13,880 nt of DNA from Candidatus Calditenuaceae archaeon HR02 (GTDB taxonomy: Archaea; Thermoproteota; Nitrososphaeria_A; Caldarchaeales; Calditenuaceae): contig BEHE01000027.1 in NCBI GenBank assembly GCA_002898395.1, forward strand, positions 1-13,880, written 5' to 3'. The translations under genes and the position numbers were made by a program. Below, piece by piece: positions 6,916 through 13,880 of this stretch. Position 1 is the first letter of the stretch, and every line of letters begins with the position of its first letter. The notes under the pieces are model-generated. The model was not told the DNA's origin and did no database searches. It saw nothing but the letters and a program-made list of their open reading frames with translations.

Positions 6916-8493
6916 CTACGCCGAAGCACTGGCTGCCACACCCCTCGACATCATCACTCCGAGGAGCTCCGGGGTAGCCTCGCCCCGCCCCACCACACCC
7001 ACAATCCTGCCACCATACATAACAACAATTCTGTCGCTTAGCTCGAGAATCTCGTCCAAGTCCTCGCTCAACATTAATACACCAACACCCTCTGATCTCA
7101 ATTTTGAAAGTATTCTCCTGACCTGTTCGGAAGCCGCTATGTCCAGACCCTTAGTGGGGTAGGCGGCCACCAGTAGCGAGGGTTTTGAGGTTGTGAGCTC
7201 TCTGCCGAGTATGAGTCTCTGGACATTCCCACCCGATAGCGACCCGGCCCTACTCTTTATGGAGGCGGTGTCAACCCTGAACTCCGAGACAACTTTCTCC
7301 GCCACTTCTGCGACCTTCCTCCAATTTATCACACCCAGCCTCGAATAGGGCGCATACCTCGCAACACGGAGCGCCACGTTCTCGTATATGCTCAGCTCCG
7401 GGACGATACCCCATTTCTTACCCTCCGGGGGGATGTATGTTAGGCCGAGCTCCATCAGCCTCCTCGGTGAAGCCCCCGTCACGTCGGCTCCGTTGAGAAT
7501 AATCCTGCCGCGTACCGGCTTCCTAAGACCTGCTATCGCCTCGACGAGCTCTGTCTGACCATTGCCACTCACACCGGCAACGCCGACTATCTCCCCCCGA
7601 TATACAGTTAGATCAGCGTCTTTCACAGCGAGGACGCCTTCGTCACCCATCACTGAGAGGGCTGAGAGCTGCAGCGTCGGAGCGCCATCAGCCGGGGCGG
7701 ACTGCCTCTCCTCCAAGCCCGCATCACCTATAAGCTGGGCCCCTACCATCGCTGTCGACAACTCCTCAATGGTGGCCTCCTTGGTCGGCTTGGAGAGGAC
7801 TATTTTACCGCGCCGCATCAAGGTGACCCTGTCGCTGACGCTCATCGCCTCGCTAAGCTTATGCGTTATGAGGACAATGCTCTTCCCCTCCTCAGCCATC
7901 CTCCTCATCGTCTTGAACAGCATCTTCGTCTCGATTGGTGTTAGGACGCTGGTAGGTTCGTCGAGAAGGAGGATGTCTGCCCCTCTGACGAGGAGTTTGA
8001 GGAGCTCGACCTGCTGTTTCTCACCGGGTGATAGGTCGCCCACTCTAGCCCGAGGATCCAGCCGCCAGCCATAGTTCGACGCTATCTCCTCGAGCCTAGA
8101 TTCCAGGGCTGACCACTTCGGAATAAAACCCAGGCCATCATAATTGAGGAAGACGTTCTCCACGACTGTATGGGCCTCTATGAGCCTGAAGTCTTGGTGG
8201 ACCATCCCTATTCCGAGCCTAATTGCGTCGCGGGGGCTCCTCAGCCTAACCGGAACCCCCCTGACCCTGATGACACCGGCGTCGGGCGTATATATTCCAT
8301 ATAGAATATTCATTAGGGTTGTCTTCCCAGCCCCATTCTCACCGAGCAGGGCATGAATCTCGCCGGCATAGATCGTGAAGTCCACCCCATCATTGGCCAC
8401 GACACCGGGGAAGCGCTTCACTATGCCGCGCATCTCGACCTTAGGGATGGATGTTGGTGAGGGTCCAGGTCTCTCTAACAGATCCTCAGCCAT
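6916..8493 (-). CDS. ABC transporter ATP-binding protein with two NBDs (NupA/YufO-like, CUT2 family)
   Basis: Walker A GENGAGKT, signature LSPGEKQ, Walker B LLLDEPT, ITHKL. The second domain has degenerate GVSGNGQT and LSGGNVQ. Start placed at ATG 8493. Confidence 0.95.
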   Translation of the reverse strand: MAEDLLERPGPSPTSIPKVEMRGIVKRFPGVVANDGVDFTIYAGEIHALLGENGAGKTTLMNILYGIYTPDAGVIRVRGVPVRLRSPRDAIRLGIGMVHQDFRLIEAHTVVENVFLNYDGLGFIPKWSALESRLEEIASNYGWRLDPRARVGDLSPGEKQQVELLKLLVRGADILLLDEPTSVLTPIETKMLFKTMRRMAEEGKSIVLITHKLSEAMSVSDRVTLMRRGKIVLSKPTKEATIEELSTAMVGAQLIGDAGLEERQSAPADGAPTLQLSALSVMGDEGVLAVKDADLTVYRGEIVGVAGVSGNGQTELVEAIAGLRKPVRGRIILNGADVTGASPRRLMELGLTYIPPEGKKWGIVPELSIYENVALRVARYAPYSRLGVINWRKVAEVAEKVVSEFRVDTASIKSRAGSLSGGNVQRLILGRELTTSKPSLLVAAYPTKGLDIAASEQVRRILSKLRSEGVGVLMLSEDLDEILELSDRIVVMYGGRIVGVVGRGEATPELLGVMMSRGVAASASA

Positions 8494-8571
8494 CGGCCCC
8501 AATATGTTAGATGCCTGCCTAGCTCATAAATGGAGATTTACCAGCACCCCTCAAATTCTCATAAACGTGAA

Positions 8572-8624
8572 AAATTGCACAACAATGCACAATTTATCCA
8601 TGCTTGAAATGCATACTTTTAAAT
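8572..8624. promoter_or_regulatory. Divergent promoter region with candidate operator and TATA box
   Basis: AAATTG-N12-CAATTT inverted repeat (8572-8595) containing TGCACAA twice at 10-bp spacing. TTTTAAAT at 8617-8624 lies about 22 nt before ATG 8647. Confidence 0.5.
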
Positions 8625-8646
8625 GTCGAAGGCAATGTAGCCCTTG

Positions 8647-9984
8647 ATGAGCCCAGAAAAAGTCTCCAGAAGGAGGTTCCTATCCGGGGCTTCTAGAGCA
8701 GTGGTTGTTGGCGGAGCTGCAGCCGGACTAGTCATAGGCGGAGTCGGGGGATATTTTGCAGGCCAGTCCACCGCACCAGTAGTAACTAAGACCGAGACTA
8801 TGGCCATAACACAGACCAAGACGATTCCCCCTGAGCCGAGGGGGGTCAAGGCCGGCTACTTCTACCCAGGACCTGCAAAGGACTATGGCTGGTCCTACGC
8901 CCACGACTTGGGCAGAAAGTTCGCCGACGCAACAGTCCCGGGGAGTAGCAGCACATACATAGAGCTGGTCCCAGACCCCGAGGCCTCGTCGGCAATCAAG
9001 ACCCTTCTGGACCAGGGTGTTGACATAGTCTTTGCATGCAGCTTCGGGTTCATGGAAGCGATGGTGGAGGCCGCGCGCAACAACCCCGACAAATACTTCG
9101 TCCACATCTCGGGATACAAGAGCGGGGCAGCACCACCACCCAACACAACCACGCCCAACATGAGCACAGCCTTCGCCGAGTTCTACCAGCTATACTATCT
9201 CAACGGACTCGCAGCCGGCGCAGTCACCCAGACAGGCGTGGTAGGGTACGTGGGGGCATTCCCAATACCCGAGGTTGTGAGACACATAAACGCTTTCGTC
9301 CTAGGAGCCAATGCAACCTACAAAAGGAGGACGGGAAAGAACATCAAGGCCTATGTAGTCTGGATAAACTCTTGGGTCGACCCACCAAAGGCCAGGGAGG
9401 CAGCAATAGCACTAATCGAGGATCAGAACGCCGATGTTATAGCCTACACTGAGGATACTCCAACAGTCCTCCAAGTCGCCGAGGAATACACAACGCAGAA
9501 GGGAAAGCGGGTGTGGAGCTTTAGCCACTATAGCGACATGACAAAGTTCGGCCCCAACGCACATTTAACGGGACAGATCGTGAACTGGGGCCCCATCTAC
9601 AGCCACTTCTACAGAATGGTCGCGACCAATAGCTGGGAGCCAGTGGACATCTGGACGAGGCTGGGAGACATGACTCCGTGGAGGTGGAGGAGGCCGATCG
9701 AGCAGAGCCTCGCAGGAAAGCCAGAAGGCACAGTATACCTCGCACCACTAAACCCTGCAATCCCAGAAGAGGCTGTCAGAGAGATCAAGCAAAGGTATGA
9801 GGAGATGAAGGAACTCTTATTCGAGCCCTTCTCACCAGAGGGCAACCTAGGAGAACCAATCAGGGACCAGGAAGGGAACATAAGGATTGGAAAGGGCGAA
9901 AGGGCCGACAGGGAGTTCCTCTGGAGCGACAAGACCATGAACTTCTTCGTCGAGTACATAGAGTCGCCATTCCCGCGAGGATAG
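8647..9984 (+). CDS. BMP/PnrA-family ABC substrate-binding protein (purine/nucleoside type), Tat-exported
   Basis: SRRRFLS twin-arginine motif, hydrophobic helix and Thr/Pro linker. DYGWSYAHDLGR, SFGF and GYVGAFPIPEVVRHINAFVLGA match the BMP family. Confidence 0.92.
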   Translation: MSPEKVSRRRFLSGASRAVVVGGAAAGLVIGGVGGYFAGQSTAPVVTKTETMAITQTKTIPPEPRGVKAGYFYPGPAKDYGWSYAHDLGRKFADATVPGSSSTYIELVPDPEASSAIKTLLDQGVDIVFACSFGFMEAMVEAARNNPDKYFVHISGYKSGAAPPPNTTTPNMSTAFAEFYQLYYLNGLAAGAVTQTGVVGYVGAFPIPEVVRHINAFVLGANATYKRRTGKNIKAYVVWINSWVDPPKAREAAIALIEDQNADVIAYTEDTPTVLQVAEEYTTQKGKRVWSFSHYSDMTKFGPNAHLTGQIVNWGPIYSHFYRMVATNSWEPVDIWTRLGDMTPWRWRRPIEQSLAGKPEGTVYLAPLNPAIPEEAVREIKQRYEEMKELLFEPFSPEGNLGEPIRDQEGNIRIGKGERADREFLWSDKTMNFFVEYIESPFPRG

Positions 9985-10043
9985 ATTCCAAAACCACCGC
10001 TATTTCTTGTATTGTGGTTGTCTTACCTGAGACTTTACTGAAA

Positions 10044-10071
10044 TTTATATAGACGGGCCTCATAGGTGAGG
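10044..10071 (+). promoter_or_regulatory. Candidate TATA box and SD-like motif for the Zn-ribbon/EF-1beta pair
   Basis: TTTATATA at 10044-10051 preceded by GAAA, and GGTGAGG just before ATG 10076. Confidence 0.55.
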
Positions 10072-10075
10072 AAGA

Positions 10076-10258
10076 ATGGCGGTCAAAACAGTTGTATTTC
10101 CACGCTGCACCAGCTGCAATAGGCCAATAACACCGGACATGAGGGCGGTCCGCTTCCCATGCCCCAACTGTGCCAAAGTGACCATCTGGCGCTGCGAGGT
10201 CTGCAGGGAGCTGGTGAGGCTCTACACATGCCCAGCATGCGGCTTCGAGGGACCCTAG
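10076..10258 (+). CDS. Small archaeal Zn-ribbon protein (DUF1610 / HVO_2753 family)
   Basis: Four CxxC pairs (CTSC, CPNC, CEVC, CPAC) ending GFEGP, in the conserved position upstream of EF-1beta. Confidence 0.92.
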   Translation: MAVKTVVFPRCTSCNRPITPDMRAVRFPCPNCAKVTIWRCEVCRELVRLYTCPACGFEGP

Positions 10259-10531
10259 ATGGCGCGCGTCCTACTCGCAGTGAGGATAATGCCCCAGGAC
10301 ACGGAGACTGACTTAGATGCCCTGACCAGTGAGCTTAGGGAGAGGCTTCCCCAGGGATTTAAGCTCCTCTCAGTAAACAGGGAGGCGGTGGCCTTCGGTC
10401 TTATGAGCCTCGTCGCATGGTTCTCGGTTCCTGAGGAGGAGGGGGTGACGGAGAGGATGGAGAGCTACCTCTCCTCGGTCAAAGGCATCGGCGAGTTCAA
10501 CGTCGAGGCCATGTCTAGGACTAGCGACTAG
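10259..10531 (+). CDS. ef1b: Archaeal translation elongation factor 1-beta
   Basis: MARVLLAVRIMPQDTETDLDAL...EAVAFGLMSL...EEEGVTE, 90 aa, abutting the DUF1610 gene. Confidence 0.93.
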   Translation: MARVLLAVRIMPQDTETDLDALTSELRERLPQGFKLLSVNREAVAFGLMSLVAWFSVPEEEGVTERMESYLSSVKGIGEFNVEAMSRTSD

Positions 10532-10541
10532 GCGTGTAGGT

Positions 10542-11936
10542 CTACCTCCTCCTTCTTCTCTGGCGACGCGACCTACCCAGCAGGATCACCGTGAGGGATG
10601 AGAGCAGGACCACCAGTAGAGCCATCTCTACGGCTAGGGGGAAGAGGCCGGTGGTGTCGAGCGGGGATGGAGGCGGAGCCTGTTTTTCTCGTGTCGTCTC
10701 CCGACTAGCTTCGCTGATAACTCGTCCACCGGAGACACTGAAGCTCGCCACCTCAACGCTCTCCTCATTACCCCCAAGATCCTTTGCACGGACATAGACC
10801 CTCAGGACACCCTCACCCCCCGGGACCTCGAGCTCAGCTGAGTACACACCGCCGGAGTATGTCATCTTGCTTGAGCTCGACTGACCTCCCAGAGACAGAA
10901 CAGCGAGGGGATAGCCCTCCGCTAAGTCCCCATCTGGGTCATAGACCCTCGCATACACCCTGATAACCCCCTCGCCGGGAGATTCAGCCCTGTAGTCAAG
11001 TATGACTGGCGGCCTCGAGACGCTGGCGACGAGGATTCTCTTCTCCCCCGGGTCCAGCAAGTAGATCTCCGAGACGCCGCGGAGAGCCGCATCTGTAAAC
11101 GGGTATTGGAGTGAGGCCCGCGACTCCTTGCCGGCATCAATCTCCACCATGATCCCGTCTATCCTCGAGAGTATCACGAGCCTGTCTCCTGGAAGGGCGA
11201 AGGCCTCGTCGCCCACCCTGAAGGTGAGGCCAGTCTCTATCCTCGCCTCCACCCCACCAGCCGAGACTCTTAACACGACTCCATCTCCACGAACCGCCCA
11301 GGCCTTGCCATCACGCGAAGCGAGCGCGACAGCTCTGCCGTCAATCCTGAAGGAGCGGTAACTCTCTCGCCCAACCTCGACAAGGAGCAGCTCGCCGTCC
11401 CTTGTGCTAAGCCAGACGCTCCGACCCGACCCGGCCGCAGCCCTGTAAGGGGGAAGCCCCTTACCCTCAATGCGCCACCTCCAGCGAGCCTCACCCGACG
11501 CAGAAAACTGGGCCAGAAGAGGCTCACCCGTGATAGAGTCTCTCTCGACAAAGACAAACCCCTCAGCAACAGGCACAACTATATCCAAATACCCCGCCTC
11601 CGTAATCTTCCGCAGGATCCTACCAGAGCCGGCGTCGAGGAAGACCGCTTCGAGGGACCCTTGGGAGTAGGCGATTACAATACCATGCCCATACGACAGG
11701 TCGGAGGCCGCAAAACCGATTTCTACTAAATTCACACCCACGTCCGGTACATACAGCGCGACGGCACGCAGCGTCGGCAGCGCAAACCAAAGCCGCCCCG
11801 CCTCATCCACAACGAAGTCGCTCGGCCCATGCTTAAGCGGCGGATAATCCAGTACACCGGTGTACCTAATCTCCAACGCCTCAGCCGGCAAGAATAGGCC
11901 CCACAGGAGTATGAGGACGAGGGCGGGGCGACGCAT
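10542..11936 (-). CDS. Secreted, C-terminally membrane-anchored protein with a putative beta-propeller and an Ig-like domain
   Basis: Signal peptide MRRPALVLILLWGLFLPAEA. Blade-like repeats (GPSDFVVDEAGRLWFA, GRSVWLST, DGKAWAV) are followed by a PPVIL...VYDPDGDL...VRAKDLGGN beta-sandwich-like part, a Pro linker, a TM helix and the tail RSRRQRRRR. Confidence 0.75.
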   Translation of the reverse strand: MRRPALVLILLWGLFLPAEALEIRYTGVLDYPPLKHGPSDFVVDEAGRLWFALPTLRAVALYVPDVGVNLVEIGFAASDLSYGHGIVIAYSQGSLEAVFLDAGSGRILRKITEAGYLDIVVPVAEGFVFVERDSITGEPLLAQFSASGEARWRWRIEGKGLPPYRAAAGSGRSVWLSTRDGELLLVEVGRESYRSFRIDGRAVALASRDGKAWAVRGDGVVLRVSAGGVEARIETGLTFRVGDEAFALPGDRLVILSRIDGIMVEIDAGKESRASLQYPFTDAALRGVSEIYLLDPGEKRILVASVSRPPVILDYRAESPGEGVIRVYARVYDPDGDLAEGYPLAVLSLGGQSSSSKMTYSGGVYSAELEVPGGEGVLRVYVRAKDLGGNEESVEVASFSVSGGRVISEASRETTREKQAPPPSPLDTTGLFPLAVEMALLVVLLSSLTVILLGRSRRQRRRRR

Positions 11937-12008
11937 GCTACAAGAGATCATCACCGCTATAATAAACCTGAGGAGTTCCCGACAATTATATCAACACCTG
12001 CCAGAGGT

Positions 12009-13043
12009 GTGTTGGTGGGGGAGTTGAGGGCCGTCGTTGTGGCCGACGAGGGATTCAGGATCGTGGAGCTCGAGAGGCCTAGGCCTGGGCCGGGGGAGGT
12101 TCTGGTCAAGATGCTGGCATGTGGGCTCTGCGGGACGGACGTTGAGAAGCTGGAGGGCCGTTACAGAGGCTCCAAGCCAATCTTGGGCCATGAGGCAGCC
12201 GGAGTCGTCGTCGAGCTGGGTGATGGAGTAGCTGGCCTAGAGCCAGGTGACCTCGTCGTCCCCCACCACCACACAAACTGCGGAGAATGCTACTACTGCC
12301 TAAACGGAAGCCCAACCATGTGCCCGAGCTACAGGGAGTACAACTTCTTCCCTGGAGGATTCTCCGAGTACTTCACTGTCCCGAGGTTCATTGTCGAGAG
12401 GGGAGGGGTATATAGGGTCCCCTCGGGGCTAAGCCCGCTCCAAGCATGCCTCACGGAGCCGACGGCCTGCGCCCTCAGGGCCCTAAAGAGAATACACGAC
12501 GACAAGACCCATAGTTATGCTGTAGTTGGCCTAGGCCCGATGGGCATCACATTCCTACAGCTCCTAAAGTGGAGGGGGTCAGAGCTCATAATCGGCCTAG
12601 ACGTGAACGAGGCTAGACTTGAGATGGCCGGGAGGTATGGCGCGATAACATTGAACCCTCAGAGGGGCAACGCGGCCGAGCAGGTTAAGAGGCTCACAGA
12701 GGGCCGCGGAGTCGATGCGTCGATAGTTGCTGCAGGCAGTCCAGCAGCCCTCTCACTAGCCATAACCCTTACGAGGCGCGGCGGAAGGGTCTGCCTCTTC
12801 GCCGTCCCACCACACGGCTCCCAGCTGCAGCACGACCTAAGCGACCTACTCGTAAGAGAAATCTCAATAATATCTAGCAACGCTGCTACAGAGCAGGAAA
12901 TGAGGGAGGCACTTGAGCTAGTCTCGGAGAAGGTGGTAGACGCGGAGGGCCTAATAACTAATAGATATAGGATAGAGGAGTTTGGAGAAGCTATCAAAAC
13001 ATTTAAAGCAGGGACGGGATTAAAAGTTGCGATAACACCATAG
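12009..13043 (+). CDS. Zn-dependent medium-chain dehydrogenase (sorbitol/iditol/threonine dehydrogenase-like)
   Basis: CGLCGTD, GHE, structural Zn site CGECYYC...C, EPTAC, GLGPMG. The start could be 12009, 12012, 12015 or TTG 12024. Confidence 0.93.
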   Translation: MLVGELRAVVVADEGFRIVELERPRPGPGEVLVKMLACGLCGTDVEKLEGRYRGSKPILGHEAAGVVVELGDGVAGLEPGDLVVPHHHTNCGECYYCLNGSPTMCPSYREYNFFPGGFSEYFTVPRFIVERGGVYRVPSGLSPLQACLTEPTACALRALKRIHDDKTHSYAVVGLGPMGITFLQLLKWRGSELIIGLDVNEARLEMAGRYGAITLNPQRGNAAEQVKRLTEGRGVDASIVAAGSPAALSLAITLTRRGGRVCLFAVPPHGSQLQHDLSDLLVREISIISSNAATEQEMREALELVSEKVVDAEGLITNRYRIEEFGEAIKTFKAGTGLKVAITP

Positions 13044-13127
13044 TAGGACGAGCAGGCGGAAAGTCTTGGAAGTCCGGTTCGCTGGGTAGTGCGTGCCTCG
13101 CCCTAAAACTAGCCTATCAAATTCTGC

Positions 13128-13586
13128 TCACACGTTATTCCCAGATCTCGCGTATAACAGCCTCAGCTTCGCCCTAGCAAGCACGGATAAATTAATTCTA
13201 CGCCCACTCTTTTGCACAAAATATTCACCGAGAGCAATATTTACGATGAGGGGTTCGATTAGTTTTTCCAACCCTAACTCATCGTAGACGGTCCTATACC
13301 CAGCTACTAGGCCTGAAGCTAGGGTTCCCGGCTCCAAATTCTCCCTGAAGGAGCCGCTATCAAATACAGTAACGTCAAATGGGGCCTTGGACTCTATCTT
13401 TCTTAACGCCTTAGAGATTTCCACTTCGAGATTAAATTTCTCCACCGCATTAGAGAGCTTGTCAACAATTATTAGTAGGTCTATGTCTCTCGCCTTCACT
13501 GGATAAAAGACGCTACTTCCAAATATCACGAGAGATAATAACCGCTTGCCACGCAACTCCAATGTCCCCTTAACTACTCGTAACAC
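13128..13586 (-). CDS. Minimal nucleotidyltransferase (MNT, Pol beta superfamily)
   Basis: LVIFGSS-x7-RDIDLLIIVD motif with a third Asp in FDVTV. GTG start overlaps the HEPN stop by 17 nt. Confidence 0.85.
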   Translation of the reverse strand: MLRVVKGTLELRGKRLLSLVIFGSSVFYPVKARDIDLLIIVDKLSNAVEKFNLEVEISKALRKIESKAPFDVTVFDSGSFRENLEPGTLASGLVAGYRTVYDELGLEKLIEPLIVNIALGEYFVQKSGRRINLSVLARAKLRLLYARSGNNV

Positions 13587-13880
13587 CTCTTCTTGCGAGA
13601 TAATCTCGCACCACCTCCACTGCTTTCTCAGCTAATACGATCCCCCTCTCAGCAACCTCTTTAGTCACTATCTCGTCGGGGCTCAGCACCTCCCCTCTCA
13701 TCAGGAATGGGTACCTGGCCCTCGTATAGTATTCCGTGAGATACTCGAGAGATTCTATGATGTGGTTGAATTCCTGCTGCCACTCGCTCTCAAATACTTC
13801 GGCGAATATACCTATCAGCCCCGGTCCATGATTATATACGACACGCCTCCTAACCTCAAGCATAGCCTTAACACCCTTCT
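13570..13880 (-). CDS. HEPN domain protein, 5'-truncated by the window edge
   Basis: The frame is open to the edge and reads (E)KGVKAML (EKxxKA motif), then YNHG and LEYLTEYYTRARYP, typical of MNT-associated HEPN proteins. Confidence 0.85.
   Translation of the reverse strand, partial: KGVKAMLEVRRRVVYNHGPGLIGIFAEVFESEWQQEFNHIIESLEYLTEYYTRARYPFLMRGEVLSPDEIVTKEVAERGIVLAEKAVEVVRDYLARRGVTSS

Noticed and set aside
9992-10019. AACCAC/GTGGTT repeat as a structured RNA
   Set aside because: Only 6 bp with a 16-nt loop. The enclosed T-rich tract may simply be an ordinary archaeal terminator.
10076-10531. Zn-ribbon and EF-1beta coupling as a novel system
   Set aside because: This is well-known conserved archaeal synteny.
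10542-10680. Archaeosortase sorting signal on the surface protein
   Set aside because: The TM helix and basic tail are present, but no PGF/PEF-type motif precedes the helix.
1-13880. CRISPR array, tRNA, rRNA, integrase or transposase
   Set aside because: By eye there are no regularly spaced repeats, cloverleaf signatures or recombinase motifs, and intergenic gaps are short.

Overview
Gene-dense archaeal chromosomal window. Archaeal origin is supported by the aEF-1beta plus DUF1610 Zn-ribbon pair, an Hjc-type resolvase, an A/V-type ATPase subunit K and TATA-box promoters. A thermophilic TACK lineage such as Aigarchaeota is plausible but only inferred. In order, the window holds: a decayed, atypical cydA-like fragment; a stand-alone ATP synthase proteolipid gene; a BCP-type peroxiredoxin; an SDR oxidoreductase; an Hjc-like nuclease with a lone CPHC insertion and a run-on C-terminus; a small uncharacterised membrane protein; an Fsr-like MFS transporter; a nucleoside/purine-type ABC importer whose Tat-exported BMP binding protein is transcribed divergently; the Zn-ribbon/EF-1beta pair; a secreted beta-propeller/Ig-like surface protein; a Zn-dependent dehydrogenase; and a HEPN-MNT pair cut by the window edge. 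I saw no rRNA, tRNA, CRISPR array or intact mobile element, and no clearly new multi-gene system. The best leads are the CPHC-bearing Hjc, the 'MACF' membrane protein with upstream inverted repeats, the atypical CydA remnant and the surface propeller protein.
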